Part shown: positions 1 through 9,471 of the stretch, in pieces
Numbering within the stretch: position 1 is the stretch's first letter
Layout of the letters: each line of letters begins with the position of its first letter
Origin: a virus
Virus record (IMG/VR): IMGVR_UViG_3300020578_000011
Reading direction: 5' to 3' (one strand)
Length of the DNA: 64,000 bases
Notes under the pieces: model-generated
Told to the model about the DNA's origin: nothing
The model's database searches: none
The model's input: the letters and a program-made list of their open reading frames with translations, nothing else
Made by a program: the position numbers and the translations under genes

Positions 1-1746
1 GTAGGCCCTCAAGGTCCTCAAGGTCCTCAAGGCCTTCAAGGCCCTCAAGGTACCCAAGGTGCCCAGGGTGCCAAGGGCGACCAAGGAGAAGTAGGTCCTC
101 AAGGTCCTCAAGGTCCTCAAGGTACTAAGGGAGATCAGGGCGACACAGGTCCTCAAGGTGCTCAAGGCGACACAGGCCCTCAAGGCCCTCAAGGTACCCA
201 GGGTGCCCAGGGCGATAAGGGCGACCAAGGAGAAGTAGGTCCTCAAGGTCCTCAAGGTCCTCAAGGTCCTCAAGGTCCTCAAGGTCCTCAAGGTCCTCAA
301 GGTCCTCAAGGCGCTCAAGGTGCCCAGGGTGCCAAGGGCGACCAAGGAGAAGTAGGTCCTCAAGGTCCTCAAGGTCCTCAAGGTACCCAGGGTGCCACTG
401 GTGATGCTGGCCCGCAAGGTCCGCAAGGTGTTACTGGTGCGCGAGCATACACTGTTACAGATGCGGGTGGAGTATTTGTAATTGATGGCACTAATAATCC
501 AGTCTTAAATTTGCTTCTGGGTTTCACTTATACTTTTAATATCACAGCTACGAATCATCCCTTCTATATTCAAACAAGCAGTGGATCTTTTAATTCAGGA
601 AATTTATATGACACCGGCGTAACAGGTAACGGCACACAGAACGGAACTCTTACCTTTGCAGTTCCGTATAATGCTCCTTCCACGCTCTATTATACTTGCG
701 GCATTCATAGTGGAATGGGGAATACAATTAATATAACCAGTGTGGGTCCTCAAGGCGACACAGGTCCTTCTGGGTTGGGCGGAGAAGAATTAGGAAGTCC
801 GGTTGGGTTTTTTAAAGCAAGTGACACATCGATATCTATAGATGAATCTTCAAGAATTTTTACAATAACACCAAATTTTTCATCATATGTATTTTATTCA
901 GCTGGTAAAAAGTTTGAAAAAACAACATCACTTTCAATATCATGGGCAAATAATCACGGTATTCACTTTTTTTATTTTGATGATAATGGAATTCTTTCTA
1001 CAACTGAAACGTTTGTAGAAGAATTAATAACAAAATATACTTTTATATCAATATTATATTGGGATTCTACGGCTCAAAAAGCAATATATTTTGGAGATGA
1101 AAGACATGGGATAAATATGGGAACAAGTACTCATATGTATCTCCACACGACACGAGGTGCTCAGTTTGATAAAGGTTTAAAACTTGTAAACTTTGTAGTA
1201 GATGGAGATGGTTCGCTAAGTTCGCATGCTCAATTCTCAGCTCAATCTGGAGTTATTTGGGATGAAGATATAAAAATAAATATTCCAGCACAATCTGTTT
1301 TTCCAGTTTTTTATAGATCTGGTTTGGTCTGGAAATCAAAAAATCCAGATTCTTTTCCATTGATATATTCAGGTCAAGAAGGATATTCTGGATTAACAAT
1401 TGCTTACAACATGCAGAGCGAGGGATCCTGGTCTCTTCAGCCGGTTGATTCAAACAAATTTGCACTGGTTCATGTATTTGCAACAAACAACATACAGTAT
1501 CCATTTGTTGCAATTTTAGGGATAAGTCAATACGCAAACAAAACCGCTGCAAGACAAGGTATTAAAATAGAAACTCAACAATTGGGTGGATTGCCTTTTT
1601 CTGAATTTGCGCCTGTTGGATCTATTATATTTGAAACTAGAAATGGTTTTACTAATATACCAAAGGCAGCTATAGTCTCAACAGATCTTGGCATGAATTA
1701 TCAAGATGAAAGAGGCGAGTCTTTTAGACCAGGTACTTTAGATTAA
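1..1746 (+). CDS. Collagen-like virion fibre protein with a cupredoxin-like domain (5' end outside window)
   Basis: Frame 1 is open from base 1 ([10 protein letters not shown]..., G-X-Y repeats to ~435) and continuous with ORF 511..1746. Contains HPFYIQ...[12 protein letters not shown]. Confidence 0.85.
   Translation, partial: VGPQGPQGPQGLQGPQGTQGAQGAKGDQGEVGPQGPQGPQGTKGDQGDTGPQGAQGDTGPQGPQGTQGAQGDKGDQGEVGPQGPQGPQGPQGPQGPQGPQGPQGAQGAQGAKGDQGEVGPQGPQGPQGTQGATGDAGPQGPQGVTGARAYTVTDAGGVFVIDGTNNPVLNLLLGFTYTFNITATNHPFYIQTSSGSFNSGNLYDTGVTGNGTQNGTLTFAVPYNAPSTLYYTCGIHSGMGNTINITSVGPQGDTGPSGLGGEELGSPVGFFKASDTSISIDESSRIFTITPNFSSYVFYSAGKKFEKTTSLSISWANNHGIHFFYFDDNGILSTTETFVEELITKYTFISILYWDSTAQKAIYFGDERHGINMGTSTHMYLHTTRGAQFDKGLKLVNFVVDGDGSLSSHAQFSAQSGVIWDEDIKINIPAQSVFPVFYRSGLVWKSKNPDSFPLIYSGQEGYSGLTIAYNMQSEGSWSLQPVDSNKFALVHVFATNNIQYPFVAILGISQYANKTAARQGIKIETQQLGGLPFSEFAPVGSIIFETRNGFTNIPKAAIVSTDLGMNYQDERGESFRPGTLD
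238..309 (+). repeat. Tandem 9-mer GGTCCTCAA x8 (GPQ collagen repeat)
   Basis: Eight perfect copies read directly; degenerate copies span 1-430. Confidence 0.95.
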
Positions 1747-1772
1747 AAGACCCATCCATAGGTCTTGTTTTA
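1747..1772. terminator. Putative bidirectional terminator between convergent genes
   Basis: AAGACC-N8-GGTCTT stem flanked by A-rich and T-rich tracts. Confidence 0.5.
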
Positions 1773-2291
1773 TTAACCAAGAAGAGCTTTAAGTTCTTCT
1801 GGCAAAAGTGTTACATTAACTTGAGTTTTAGGTTTCTTCTTTTGTCCTAATTCTTGTTGACGTGTTTCAATTGCCTCGTCTACAGATGCAATTGATTGAG
1901 AATCAGCGTTGCGCTCAACAAGGGCCTTACGAAGTAATTTTAGTTCTTTTAGTTGAGCATCACTTGCATTTTGTCGCGAACCTGGACTCTTAGCTTGATA
2001 CGCAGCGCCGGCGTTTAATGCTTTGTCTTTATTGTGCCAATTACTAACCAGTCCGCTTACATATTTACGAAGCTCTGACTTGTCAGACAGCTTTTTGCGA
2101 TTTGATTCTGTATCTGAAAAAACAACTTGACCTTTTTGAAACATAGAAGTTACAACTTCTAAAATCTGAGCTCGATATTCTTTAGTCATAACAGAATGAA
2201 TATCTGTTTGATTTGCGACAAACTCAATTCCAGCTTCTTGCAAAACTTGAATTGTTGCATTAAAAACGGCCTCACGTTGAGAAATAGTCAT
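1773..2291 (-). CDS. Unknown early protein, paralogue A (AT-rich copy)
   Basis: Shares YVxGxVxNW..K..LN.G..Y..K.PG.RQ..D.QLKELKLL.KAL.ERNA with 8486..8977 and 9732..10226; AAGGAG RBS. Confidence 0.9.
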   Translation of the reverse strand: MTISQREAVFNATIQVLQEAGIEFVANQTDIHSVMTKEYRAQILEVVTSMFQKGQVVFSDTESNRKKLSDKSELRKYVSGLVSNWHNKDKALNAGAAYQAKSPGSRQNASDAQLKELKLLRKALVERNADSQSIASVDEAIETRQQELGQKKKPKTQVNVTLLPEELKALLG

Positions 2292-2345
2292 AACCTGACT
2301 CCTTATAACAAGTATTGAAAAGAGAAACCACTCCTCTTTTCAAAT

Positions 2346-2750
2346 TCAATTAGAATCGGATATTGTTAGTGAATTGGCATTTGTTGTAAAGTCTGAAAAA
2401 GACATTGTACTTCTACCTAGCCAAGCTAAACATTCGAGCGTTTTTTCATATATTACATTTTTAGGGTTTTTATTTTTAAGCAAACCTGGACTTACGGCAA
2501 TTCCAATTTTTTCCACATTGGGTTCTGCTGTGTAGATTGCAGTCCAACAAATCCAACCATAATGATTCTCGTTTGGATCTAATAACTTAGCAACATAGGG
2601 TTTTGGCATCTGAGTTGCACAATTTGTTTTTTCGCAAAGCAATGCAAATTCCTTAAACCCGTCATTCAACTCATCTTGTAATCTGTCTTCTTCGGTTTCG
2701 TGTCCGCAGCTAGATATTAAAAACAAAGCAAACAATAAACTTTTTTTCAT
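2346..2750 (-). CDS. Predicted lipoprotein
   Basis: MKKSLLFALFLISS-C signal II/lipobox. Confidence 0.75.
   Translation of the reverse strand: MKKSLLFALFLISSCGHETEEDRLQDELNDGFKEFALLCEKTNCATQMPKPYVAKLLDPNENHYGWICWTAIYTAEPNVEKIGIAVSPGLLKNKNPKNVIYEKTLECLAWLGRSTMSFSDFTTNANSLTISDSN
2353..2360 (-). promoter_or_regulatory. TCCGATTC early promoter-like motif upstream of paralogue A
   Basis: Copy of the recurrent motif; followed by a TTGAAAAGAG/CTCTTTTCAA hairpin and the RBS. Confidence 0.7.
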
Positions 2751-2759
2751 ACAACACCC

Positions 2760-2924
2760 TCAATGAAGAATCTCCGGAATCGACTCTGTCATACTTTCAT
2801 TTGCAATGATTACATAATCAATGTATTCATCTATCATTGTTACAAGCATCTCATCTGGAGTTGTTACTATTTTTGTTTTATCTTTTACATTGTTTAAAAG
2901 AGCAATGAGTTGTTCAACAGTCAT
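2760..2924 (-). CDS. Small hypothetical protein (54 aa, MTVEQLIALL...)
   Basis: Hand-translated; AGGGG RBS and TCCGATTC motif 21 nt upstream. Confidence 0.7.
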   Translation of the reverse strand: MTVEQLIALLNNVKDKTKIVTTPDEMLVTMIDEYIDYVIIANESMTESIPEILH

Positions 2925-2945
2925 GTATTTCCCCTGATTTTAATA

Positions 2946-2953
2946 GAATCGGA
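2946..2953 (-). promoter_or_regulatory. TCCGATTC early promoter-like motif
   Basis: 21 nt upstream of the ATG at 2924. Confidence 0.7.
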
Positions 2954-2955
2954 AA

Positions 2956-3222
2956 TCAATGATAAACTCTGCCACAGGTAGCTTTTTTAACAATTAGTGG
3001 ATTATGACCTGCTTTTTCTAATTCTTTAGCCAGTTTTTTAACAGCCTCGCATTTGTTTTTTCCGTGCGCAGCAAAATCATCATTATCTATTTTTAACAGA
3101 CAAAGATGAGGATCCACTACAGTAACGCACAGCTCTGGTAGTTTTGGTTCTTGTTTTGGTTCTTGTTTTGGAATTGTACTGCATGAACTCAATACAAATG
3201 ATAACAATAGTATTTTTTTCAT
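2956..3222 (-). CDS. Predicted small lipoprotein
   Basis: MKKILLLSFVLSS-C lipobox; PKQE repeat; four further Cys. Confidence 0.75.
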   Translation of the reverse strand: MKKILLLSFVLSSCSTIPKQEPKQEPKLPELCVTVVDPHLCLLKIDNDDFAAHGKNKCEAVKKLAKELEKAGHNPLIVKKATCGRVYH

Positions 3223-3305
3223 TTGACACCTTCAAAATATCCACTTATAACTAATATTAAAAAACTAATCATAATAAATACAACTATATAATCAATGTAA
3301 ATCAT
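3219..3305 (-). CDS. 28-aa single-TM peptide
   Basis: Hand-translated MIYIDYIVVFIMISFLILVISGYFEGVK; ATGA overlap with the next gene. Confidence 0.5.
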   Translation of the reverse strand: MIYIDYIVVFIMISFLILVISGYFEGVK

Positions 3306-3605
3306 ATCTACGAAAATCCCCTGTTGATAATATTTTTAAACCATGGTTGGTGTTTTATGTTTTTGATATTTTTATTAAAAACATAAACAATATGACCATA
3401 AAATGAAATTTTATGACTGGGGCAATACCTAAATATAACGTAATATACCTTTTTTAGTTATTTTATATTAATTATACAAAAGTTCATCGAGTACGGGGGT
3501 GTGTTAATCATCCTTCAGTATTTGATTCAAGTCGTAAACATCCACATCCATTCCGTGCTTGATGATTTTTGTGTCATAATCGAAATGCTGCTTTTTATAA
3601 AAATA

Positions 3606-3740
3606 TTAGAATTCATCTTTAAGTTCTTTACTAATATCATTTAATGTTTTTTTAGGTTTTATAAAAAAGTTAATTATTAAATCAGTAATAGTTAAAAACA
3701 ACACGACTGAAATTGTAATTATTAGTAAATTTAATAACAT
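3606..3740 (-). CDS. 44-aa membrane peptide, similar to 9572..9670
   Basis: Hand-translated MLLNLLIITISVVLFLTITDLIINFFIKPKK... Confidence 0.55.
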   Translation of the reverse strand: MLLNLLIITISVVLFLTITDLIINFFIKPKKTLNDISKELKDEF

Positions 3741-3955
3741 ATTTCACTACTTTCAATAAACTTATTAAAAATCTCGGGATATCTGCCTACATAACCATTG
3801 TCTTCAAAGAAATAATAAAGAGCCTCACCAGGACGAAGACCGTCTTCAAAACTATCACGCCAGTGATAATCTTCAAAACTATTGGCATCAAGTCCCACTG
3901 CCTCAACGCAGAGACGATTAACTTCTTTCATCCAGATTTTGAAATTCATCTTCAT
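3731..3955 (-). CDS. Hypothetical protein
   Basis: GGGAG RBS; co-oriented in the early cluster. Confidence 0.7.
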   Translation of the reverse strand: MKMNFKIWMKEVNRLCVEAVGLDANSFEDYHWRDSFEDGLRPGEALYYFFEDNGYVGRYPEIFNKFIESSEICY

Positions 3956-4061
3956 TAGCTTCTCCCAAAAGATTTACTTAATCATCACTCTCGGCTTTAG
4001 CTTCACCAAAATCGCGTTGTTCTTGGGCTTGATTGGTAACCGCGCTTCCGGTATCGAGTTT

Positions 4062-4247
4062 TTAAGAATTTCTTTTTTGATTCACTTCTTGCAGCTGCGC
4101 AAGAAGACCATTGATTCTTTGAATGCTTTGCTTAATTTTCTCATGTCTTTCTTCAAGAGTGATTTCTCGTTTCTCGTTTTGAGGTTGCTTTTGCTGCACT
4201 TGTTGTTTGTTTCGAAAGCTGTTGATATCGATGACGTTGTCATTCAT
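4062..4247 (-). CDS. Small coiled-coil hypothetical protein
   Basis: AAGGAG RBS; MNDNVIDINSFR start. Confidence 0.7.
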   Translation of the reverse strand: MNDNVIDINSFRNKQQVQQKQPQNEKREITLEERHEKIKQSIQRINGLLAQLQEVNQKRNS

Positions 4248-4258
4248 AACGATCTCCT

Positions 4259-4594
4259 TTAGGGTTTGAGAGCATCGAACAAAACCTTAGCATACGGAGA
4301 CATTTCTTCTTTTTCATATGAAGCCTCATAGGCTTTGTAAAACTCTTTATCTAAAGCTTCTTTCTCGTCTTCATCTTCATCGTGATAAGTTCCGTCTTGA
4401 TGTTCAAAGATGCGGAAATCTCCTATTTCATAATCAAGCCATTCATTAAATCCTTGATTATATGCAACTTTATCTAATTCTTTTAAGGCATATGAGGTAG
4501 AGAAAGAATAAGTTGCCACCTTTACTTGCTCGGGATACACTTCATCAAGAAATTCGTCATACATCTTTTCAAGATCTTGCATATCTAGTTCCAT
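4259..4594 (-). CDS. Highly acidic hypothetical protein
   Basis: GAGGAGG RBS; D/E- and aromatic-rich; own TCCGATTC motif upstream. Confidence 0.8.
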   Translation of the reverse strand: MELDMQDLEKMYDEFLDEVYPEQVKVATYSFSTSYALKELDKVAYNQGFNEWLDYEIGDFRIFEHQDGTYHDEDEDEKEALDKEFYKAYEASYEKEEMSPYAKVLFDALKP

Positions 4595-4620
4595 GTTGTC
4601 CTCCTCTTTGTAATAAATAA

Positions 4621-4628
4621 GAATCGGA
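4621..4628 (-). promoter_or_regulatory. TCCGATTC early promoter-like motif
   Basis: Intergenic, 26 nt upstream of the ATG at 4594. Confidence 0.7.
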
Positions 4629-4638
4629 TTTAACCATT

Positions 4639-4884
4639 TTAGTCTTCAATAAAACCAATATATACATCTATTTGATATCCGTATGCCCAGCATTGATTAT
4701 CTAGAGTAAAGATAGCATCTTTTTTATCAACAATAGAAATAGTATCAACAGGTTGACGTTGACCATGTCTCAAACCTAACCCTATGTTTTTTTCAATAGA
4801 TACTATTTTTGCCTTTTCTGGCGGCAAGCTTCCCCAACAACCGCTCCACAGTACGTCATCTCCAATGCTTAAAAAAGCTGTCAT
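4639..4884 (-). CDS. Hypothetical protein
   Basis: GAGG RBS; ORF track. Confidence 0.7.
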   Translation of the reverse strand: MTAFLSIGDDVLWSGCWGSLPPEKAKIVSIEKNIGLGLRHGQRQPVDTISIVDKKDAIFTLDNQCWAYGYQIDVYIGFIED

Positions 4885-5006
4885 AACAACCTCTTATTTG
4901 TCATACGACAATCTTTACAAATCGACATCAATAATGTCACAATCCGAATCTGTAGTTTTTCTAAAGGTCGCATAGTCCATTTAAGAATCCCTTATTGCTG
5001 ATTTGT

Positions 5007-5174
5007 TTACTCAGTGCGAGTTCTTTTGGTCAAGGCATATTTCTTTTTCATCCTACATATTCCTGTCCAAGACATATCGTTCTGAATACATAACTTATAA
5101 AGAACATAGTGTAAGTCGTTTAAAGCTTTAAATTTTTTCTCTATCTTTAAATCGCATACTCGTATGTCTCTCAT
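5007..5174 (-). CDS. Hypothetical protein
   Basis: ORF track 5007..5216; probable ATG start at 5174. Confidence 0.45.
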   Translation of the reverse strand: MRDIRVCDLKIEKKFKALNDLHYVLYKLCIQNDMSWTGICRMKKKYALTKRTRTE

Positions 5175-5230
5175 GCAATTCTCGCTCTGTGTAGCAGTGT
5201 CAGCGGTCATGACCACTTAATATTAGTGAT

Positions 5231-5452
5231 TTACTTCTTAAGTAAAGAATATTTTATTTTAAGAAACACTAATAAGATACTAAACCTTGTTATGCTAATG
5301 AAAGAAGTCTCTTTTAGAGATGGGTTCCAAGCTAATAGATTGTCTATCTGCCGTTGTTGGTGGTGTGTTTTTTGCAAATCTACCCCAGGCATTTTTTCCT
5401 GCAAGTCCGCGATTCGAAGATTTCTTCTTCTTCTCAAATCGTCGTGCATCAT
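5231..5452 (-). CDS. Hypothetical protein
   Basis: Abuts the stop of the upstream gene. Confidence 0.55.
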   Translation of the reverse strand: MMHDDLRRRRNLRIADLQEKMPGVDLQKTHHQQRQIDNLLAWNPSLKETSFISITRFSILLVFLKIKYSLLKK

Positions 5453-5454
5453 TG

Positions 5455-5952
5455 CTATACAATCCTGTAAGTATCAAATTGACTAAAATATGGATAAACA
5501 AGCTCATATCCAAGTTGATTAACTATATCTTCGACAACTGAGACTAGCATATAATAACCATGGCATTGATAGCCCGTTTTTTGATCTATAAACGCTATCT
5601 CAATGGTATGTGGAAATACTTCATTCATTGCACTTGTTCCACTTGACCAAGGGCCTTTAATGTTGCAGGTCGAACCGTCCGTCATTGTTAGATTAAACGT
5701 GTGGCCATAGAAACCACTTGAATCATTAAGTCGTTTGTAATAAAACTGAACAAAGCCAATTTCATTCTTTCCCCAGTATAGATCACCAACATGCTTGCCG
5801 TTGTCGCGATCATGGTCTTCTATCTTTTGAAATAAGATATCACTCGGCTCTCTTCCTCTAATATAAAGACGAAGTTTGTTAGTTGAGACCGTATCGATCC
5901 AGAATTCATAGCCATTAGAATATAATCTGTTTGGTTTTGCGACTTGTTCCAT
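5455..5952 (-). CDS. Hypothetical protein
   Basis: GAGGTGA RBS; 165 aa. Confidence 0.8.
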   Translation of the reverse strand: MEQVAKPNRLYSNGYEFWIDTVSTNKLRLYIRGREPSDILFQKIEDHDRDNGKHVGDLYWGKNEIGFVQFYYKRLNDSSGFYGHTFNLTMTDGSTCNIKGPWSSGTSAMNEVFPHTIEIAFIDQKTGYQCHGYYMLVSVVEDIVNQLGYELVYPYFSQFDTYRIV

Positions 5953-6136
5953 GGCTCACCTCGTGAATGGATTTTAGGATTTCATCGAAATAATGATTCT
6001 TATTTGTTACTTTTGCTATTCGCAAAATACCTAATAGCATTTTAAATCTCTGTTTACTTCTTAAACCTTCAACGGTTACAACTAGTTTGTCAAATTCATC
6101 GTACTTATTTTCAGAAACAGATTTGTTAGATTTCAT
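5915..6136 (-). CDS. Hypothetical protein
   Basis: Abuts the upstream stop. Confidence 0.6.
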   Translation of the reverse strand: MKSNKSVSENKYDEFDKLVVTVEGLRSKQRFKMLLGILRIAKVTNKNHYFDEILKSIHEVSHGTSRKTKQIIF

Positions 6137-6574
6137 TTATAAAACTTTTTCTTCAATAGTTTCAAACTCAATTAATTGATTTAGATAATTGAGAATATCT
6201 TGCTCATCCACACCTGCTATTATTGCGAACTTTATACAATTAGAAATATCAGACACATGTCCGCATTTCATTTCAGTAATCAAAAAAAACCTATCTGTTC
6301 CCATGTGTGCATCTTGAGCACAACTTGAAATTGCCCCAGAGGCAAAATAAAACGCATGATTGAGAATATTTGCATCTGCAATTTTACGTGCTAAATTACT
6401 TGCTATCTCACATTCTTTTTTTGAAGAAAGACCATTGATATAATTATCTATAACTTTAATAACATTAGTTAAATCATCATCAGGGCATATTTTACTTGCC
6501 AAAATGGCAGAAAATAAATTAAGTCTATTGATTTGTTTATTAGTAAGCTTGCGGCCACAATAGTAAATATTCAT
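6137..6574 (-). CDS. Hypothetical protein
   Basis: GGGAG RBS; 145 aa. Confidence 0.75.
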   Translation of the reverse strand: MNIYYCGRKLTNKQINRLNLFSAILASKICPDDDLTNVIKVIDNYINGLSSKKECEIASNLARKIADANILNHAFYFASGAISSCAQDAHMGTDRFFLITEMKCGHVSDISNCIKFAIIAGVDEQDILNYLNQLIEFETIEEKVL

Positions 6575-6595
6575 AATAAATCTCCCTAAGATTTA

Positions 6596-7000
6596 CTATA
6601 GATTCGAATTTAATTGCTTTTCAACAGCGCAACGAAACAAGTAATTCATAGCTAACATTTTTATTTGCTCTCGTTCTACTACTCTCGCCCCGTCGAGCGA
6701 CCAGCTAAATGTAGAATAGGGTTCTGGATAGAATCGGATCTGACAATAGCCCGCACTTCTATCTGAGATAAGTTTACCATTGGTTTGTTTAAGAAGACGT
6801 TTTAACTTAAATGAATGCTTATTCAAATCATGTCGAAGTTTGTTGTGCGCTTCGAATTCACGTTTTAATTTGTTAATTATTTCAATAGGTTTTCTATTAT
6901 CAACTGCATACATAAGTTTATAACGCAATGAGCTACGTTTGCGAGCCCATTCGTTTCTAGCATTAACTATGAAGCAGATCTCTTCATATACAGAGTTCAT
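6596..7000 (-). CDS. Basic hypothetical protein
   Basis: GAGG RBS; TCCGAATC motif at 7028-7035 upstream. Confidence 0.75.
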   Translation of the reverse strand: MNSVYEEICFIVNARNEWARKRSSLRYKLMYAVDNRKPIEIINKLKREFEAHNKLRHDLNKHSFKLKRLLKQTNGKLISDRSAGYCQIRFYPEPYSTFSWSLDGARVVEREQIKMLAMNYLFRCAVEKQLNSNL

Positions 7001-7221
7001 AAAACCTCTGACCTACACGTTGAAATAGATTCGGATAATACTTTATTTTATAAAATCCTCAACATCTACAAAGGATAGGTTTACTTTACTGTTTTTTATA
7101 ACTACTAATCTCATCAACACCCAAGTTAGGTGTATTCTAGTTGTAGTTCTATTGTTCCACTCTATTGGTCTAAAGTAACTCATTTAATCATGTATTCGAA
7201 GTTGGGATTGATCAACGTGGT

Positions 7222-7443
7222 TCATAAATCACATACCTCTTCTAAAGTCATCTCTTCTGTCGTGACTAATTCTAGTTCGTCTATTGCATAGAAGTGAGAA
7301 TAGCTTTTTGCATGGGCATCTGCTGCCTGGGCGTCAGTTGCATTTATCAGTCTTTGCATATCTTTTTCCGCCTGAGCGCGAACGGTATAGACCTTATCCA
7401 CGGCGATTTCGACGTCATTAAATACTATGATATAGACTTTCAT
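7222..7443 (-). CDS. Hypothetical protein
   Basis: Likely start MKVYII at 7443 after AAGGA. Confidence 0.7.
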   Translation of the reverse strand: MKVYIIVFNDVEIAVDKVYTVRAQAEKDMQRLINATDAQAADAHAKSYSHFYAIDELELVTTEEMTLEEVCDL

Positions 7444-7519
7444 CTGTCTTCCTTGAGACGACCTGAGTCCGCGCCGACACTGTTCACACAATGAAGAAAA
7501 AAACTATGAAGCATGTTGT

Positions 7520-7723
7520 TCATTCAGAGCTCCAAAAGAACTTGGAGATGCTCTGCAGCATCCCCATCTTCAAGGCTTCGGCTTTCTCTATCGCTACCAA
7601 CAAAGCTCTGCTGGCTGCTTTGAGGGAGTCTATGTCCTTGTAATCAGAGGAACTTAGTAAGTTTTCAGCTTCCCATATCAAGGTTCTAATAGTTTCTATT
7701 TCGTCTGAATTGTTAGGTTTCAC
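7520..7723 (-). CDS. Hypothetical protein
   Basis: AAGGAG RBS, GTG start. Confidence 0.65.
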   Translation of the reverse strand: MKPNNSDEIETIRTLIWEAENLLSSSDYKDIDSLKAASRALLVAIEKAEALKMGMLQSISKFFWSSE

Positions 7724-7866
7724 ACCTTATCTCCTTTAAACTCACCACAAGCGCATCCTCAAAAAAAAACGCGTTTGCAACTCAAAATATGATTACGAAT
7801 AGACGGTACTCTCCAAAAAACAGTTACACACCAAACCAAAGAACCACAATTGAAATCAACGGAGTA

Positions 7867-8112
7867 TTAAACGGGGTTGTCTTCTAGCAAGAACTCAATC
7901 AATCCATTGAGCTGTCTCTCATTAAGACGGCCAATGATTGAAGTCCGATAGTCATCTGCATCATAAGAGCAACCGTAAGTGTATTCGATCACACCCAGTT
8001 CCAAAAGCATCTCTAAGCCCTTCTCGCCAGGGAATCTAGCACTAAACATTCTATCAACCATACGAGCAACAGGAGTAAGCTCACGATCACCAGAGACCAT
8101 AAGTACTGTCAT
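7867..8112 (-). CDS. Hypothetical protein
   Basis: GGAGGT RBS before the ATG at 8112. Confidence 0.7.
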   Translation of the reverse strand: MTVLMVSGDRELTPVARMVDRMFSARFPGEKGLEMLLELGVIEYTYGCSYDADDYRTSIIGRLNERQLNGLIEFLLEDNPV

Positions 8113-8124
8113 ACCCACCTCCAA

Positions 8125-8310
8125 TCATCTACGTAGTTTAATAATTGGATGACCTTCGTCTGTTACGTCAGATGTAGCGTCTGACAACTCAAGATCTACA
8201 CAGCCAGCACCAAAGTATTCATCTTGCTCTAGATCAAGAATGGTTACATGATTGTTTAACTGATTTTCACTTAAAAGACTAAGGGCTTCTAGCAGTTCTT
8301 TATAGGTCAT
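8125..8310 (-). CDS. Small acidic hypothetical protein (MTYKELLEAL...)
   Basis: GGAGGT RBS; TCCGATTC at 8338-8345. Confidence 0.75.
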   Translation of the reverse strand: MTYKELLEALSLLSENQLNNHVTILDLEQDEYFGAGCVDLELSDATSDVTDEGHPIIKLRR

Positions 8311-8485
8311 AGTGACACCTCCATCTATGGATGTAGAGAATCGGATGGAACGCTTCGCTGTCCCAGATTGCCCCAGTGAAAATGGGATAAAATGAGTTAA
8401 AAGTGGGTGGGTGGTGGCCGCGCACTCTCTCACTCAACTTTCCACTTAAATTTTATTAGTGCACTTCCATGTGCACCTATCTCAC

Positions 8486-8977
8486 TCAGAGCAAGTCTCT
8501 TAGGTGCTCTGGGATTTTACTAAGATCCACTTCGATTTTGCTTTGTGGCTTGATCTCGCTGAGACGCTGCGCAATTGCTTCATCGACCTTGGCAACTGCT
8601 TCAGGCTGGGCATTGCGCTCGATGAGAGCCTTGCGCAGTAGCTTTAGCTCTTTCAGCTGTGGATCACTTGAACCCTGGCGAACACCCGGGTTTTTGGGTG
8701 CATACTTTGTTCCACCATTGAGCTCGGTCGACTTGCGGAACCAGTTGTTCACCATACCTACTACGTAGGTACGGACCTTAGATGGTGAGTCGTACTTGAT
8801 TCGAGCACCTGGACTAAAATCAGTCCCATGCTCGAGGATCGACTGGGTCACTAGATCGACCACCTGCTTAGTCTGATCCTTGGTGATGTACTCCAAGACT
8901 GGAGTACCGGGTTTGAACGACTCACCGAGAACTTCTTGAGTAGCTGCAACAACTGACGCTGACTGTGACATAGTCAT
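8486..8977 (-). CDS. Unknown early protein, paralogue B
   Basis: Aligns end-to-end with 9732..10226; GGAGGT RBS; CCCGATCC motif at 9022-9029. Confidence 0.9.
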   Translation of the reverse strand: MTMSQSASVVAATQEVLGESFKPGTPVLEYITKDQTKQVVDLVTQSILEHGTDFSPGARIKYDSPSKVRTYVVGMVNNWFRKSTELNGGTKYAPKNPGVRQGSSDPQLKELKLLRKALIERNAQPEAVAKVDEAIAQRLSEIKPQSKIEVDLSKIPEHLRDLL

Positions 8978-9075
8978 AAAACACCTCCAATAGTTGAGCT
9001 CAGGCCCAACATATATATAAAGGATCGGGAGAGACTGGGACCGTCCCAGCGTTCGCAGTGCTTCGGGTGCCGCTA

Positions 9076-9471
9076 CTACCGTTGGCCCGCGAACAATATA
9101 TTATAGAGTCGGTTGACGGCGTAGCGGTGTCGGAGCTGTTGGCTCCGACTGGGGGAGCTAGCGAGGACTAAGTCCTCGCTTTCCCCTGGTGTTCTCACTA
9201 TGCTCTCGGCTCGCCAGCGGACTGGAGAGCCGTCGTGTGGCTTGTGCCAGTTGGCCGTGTATTCCACGGTCTCGAACTCGTCTTCGAGTTCGACCAAGTT
9301 CGAGAGCATTTGGAGATGCTCTGCGAGTTCTGGATCGTGGTTGCCAACTAGTTCGTCGCTATCTTGGTACCTGAAGGCGCCGCCATCGATGGCGTAGTAC
9401 TCGGTGTACTCGCTGTCTGTGATGTCAGTGATGAATGCATTTACCGCGCCTTCGAGTCTTACATTGTACAT
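9076..9471 (-). CDS. Acidic hypothetical protein
   Basis: GAGGTGA RBS; 131 aa. Confidence 0.75.
   Translation of the reverse strand: MYNVRLEGAVNAFITDITDSEYTEYYAIDGGAFRYQDSDELVGNHDPELAEHLQMLSNLVELEDEFETVEYTANWHKPHDGSPVRWRAESIVRTPGESEDLVLASSPSRSQQLRHRYAVNRLYNILFAGQR

Noticed and set aside
5012-5023. 12-nt inverted match to the sheath leader (GAACTCGCACTG at 15937)
   Set aside because: Many 12-mer matches are expected by chance in 64 kb.
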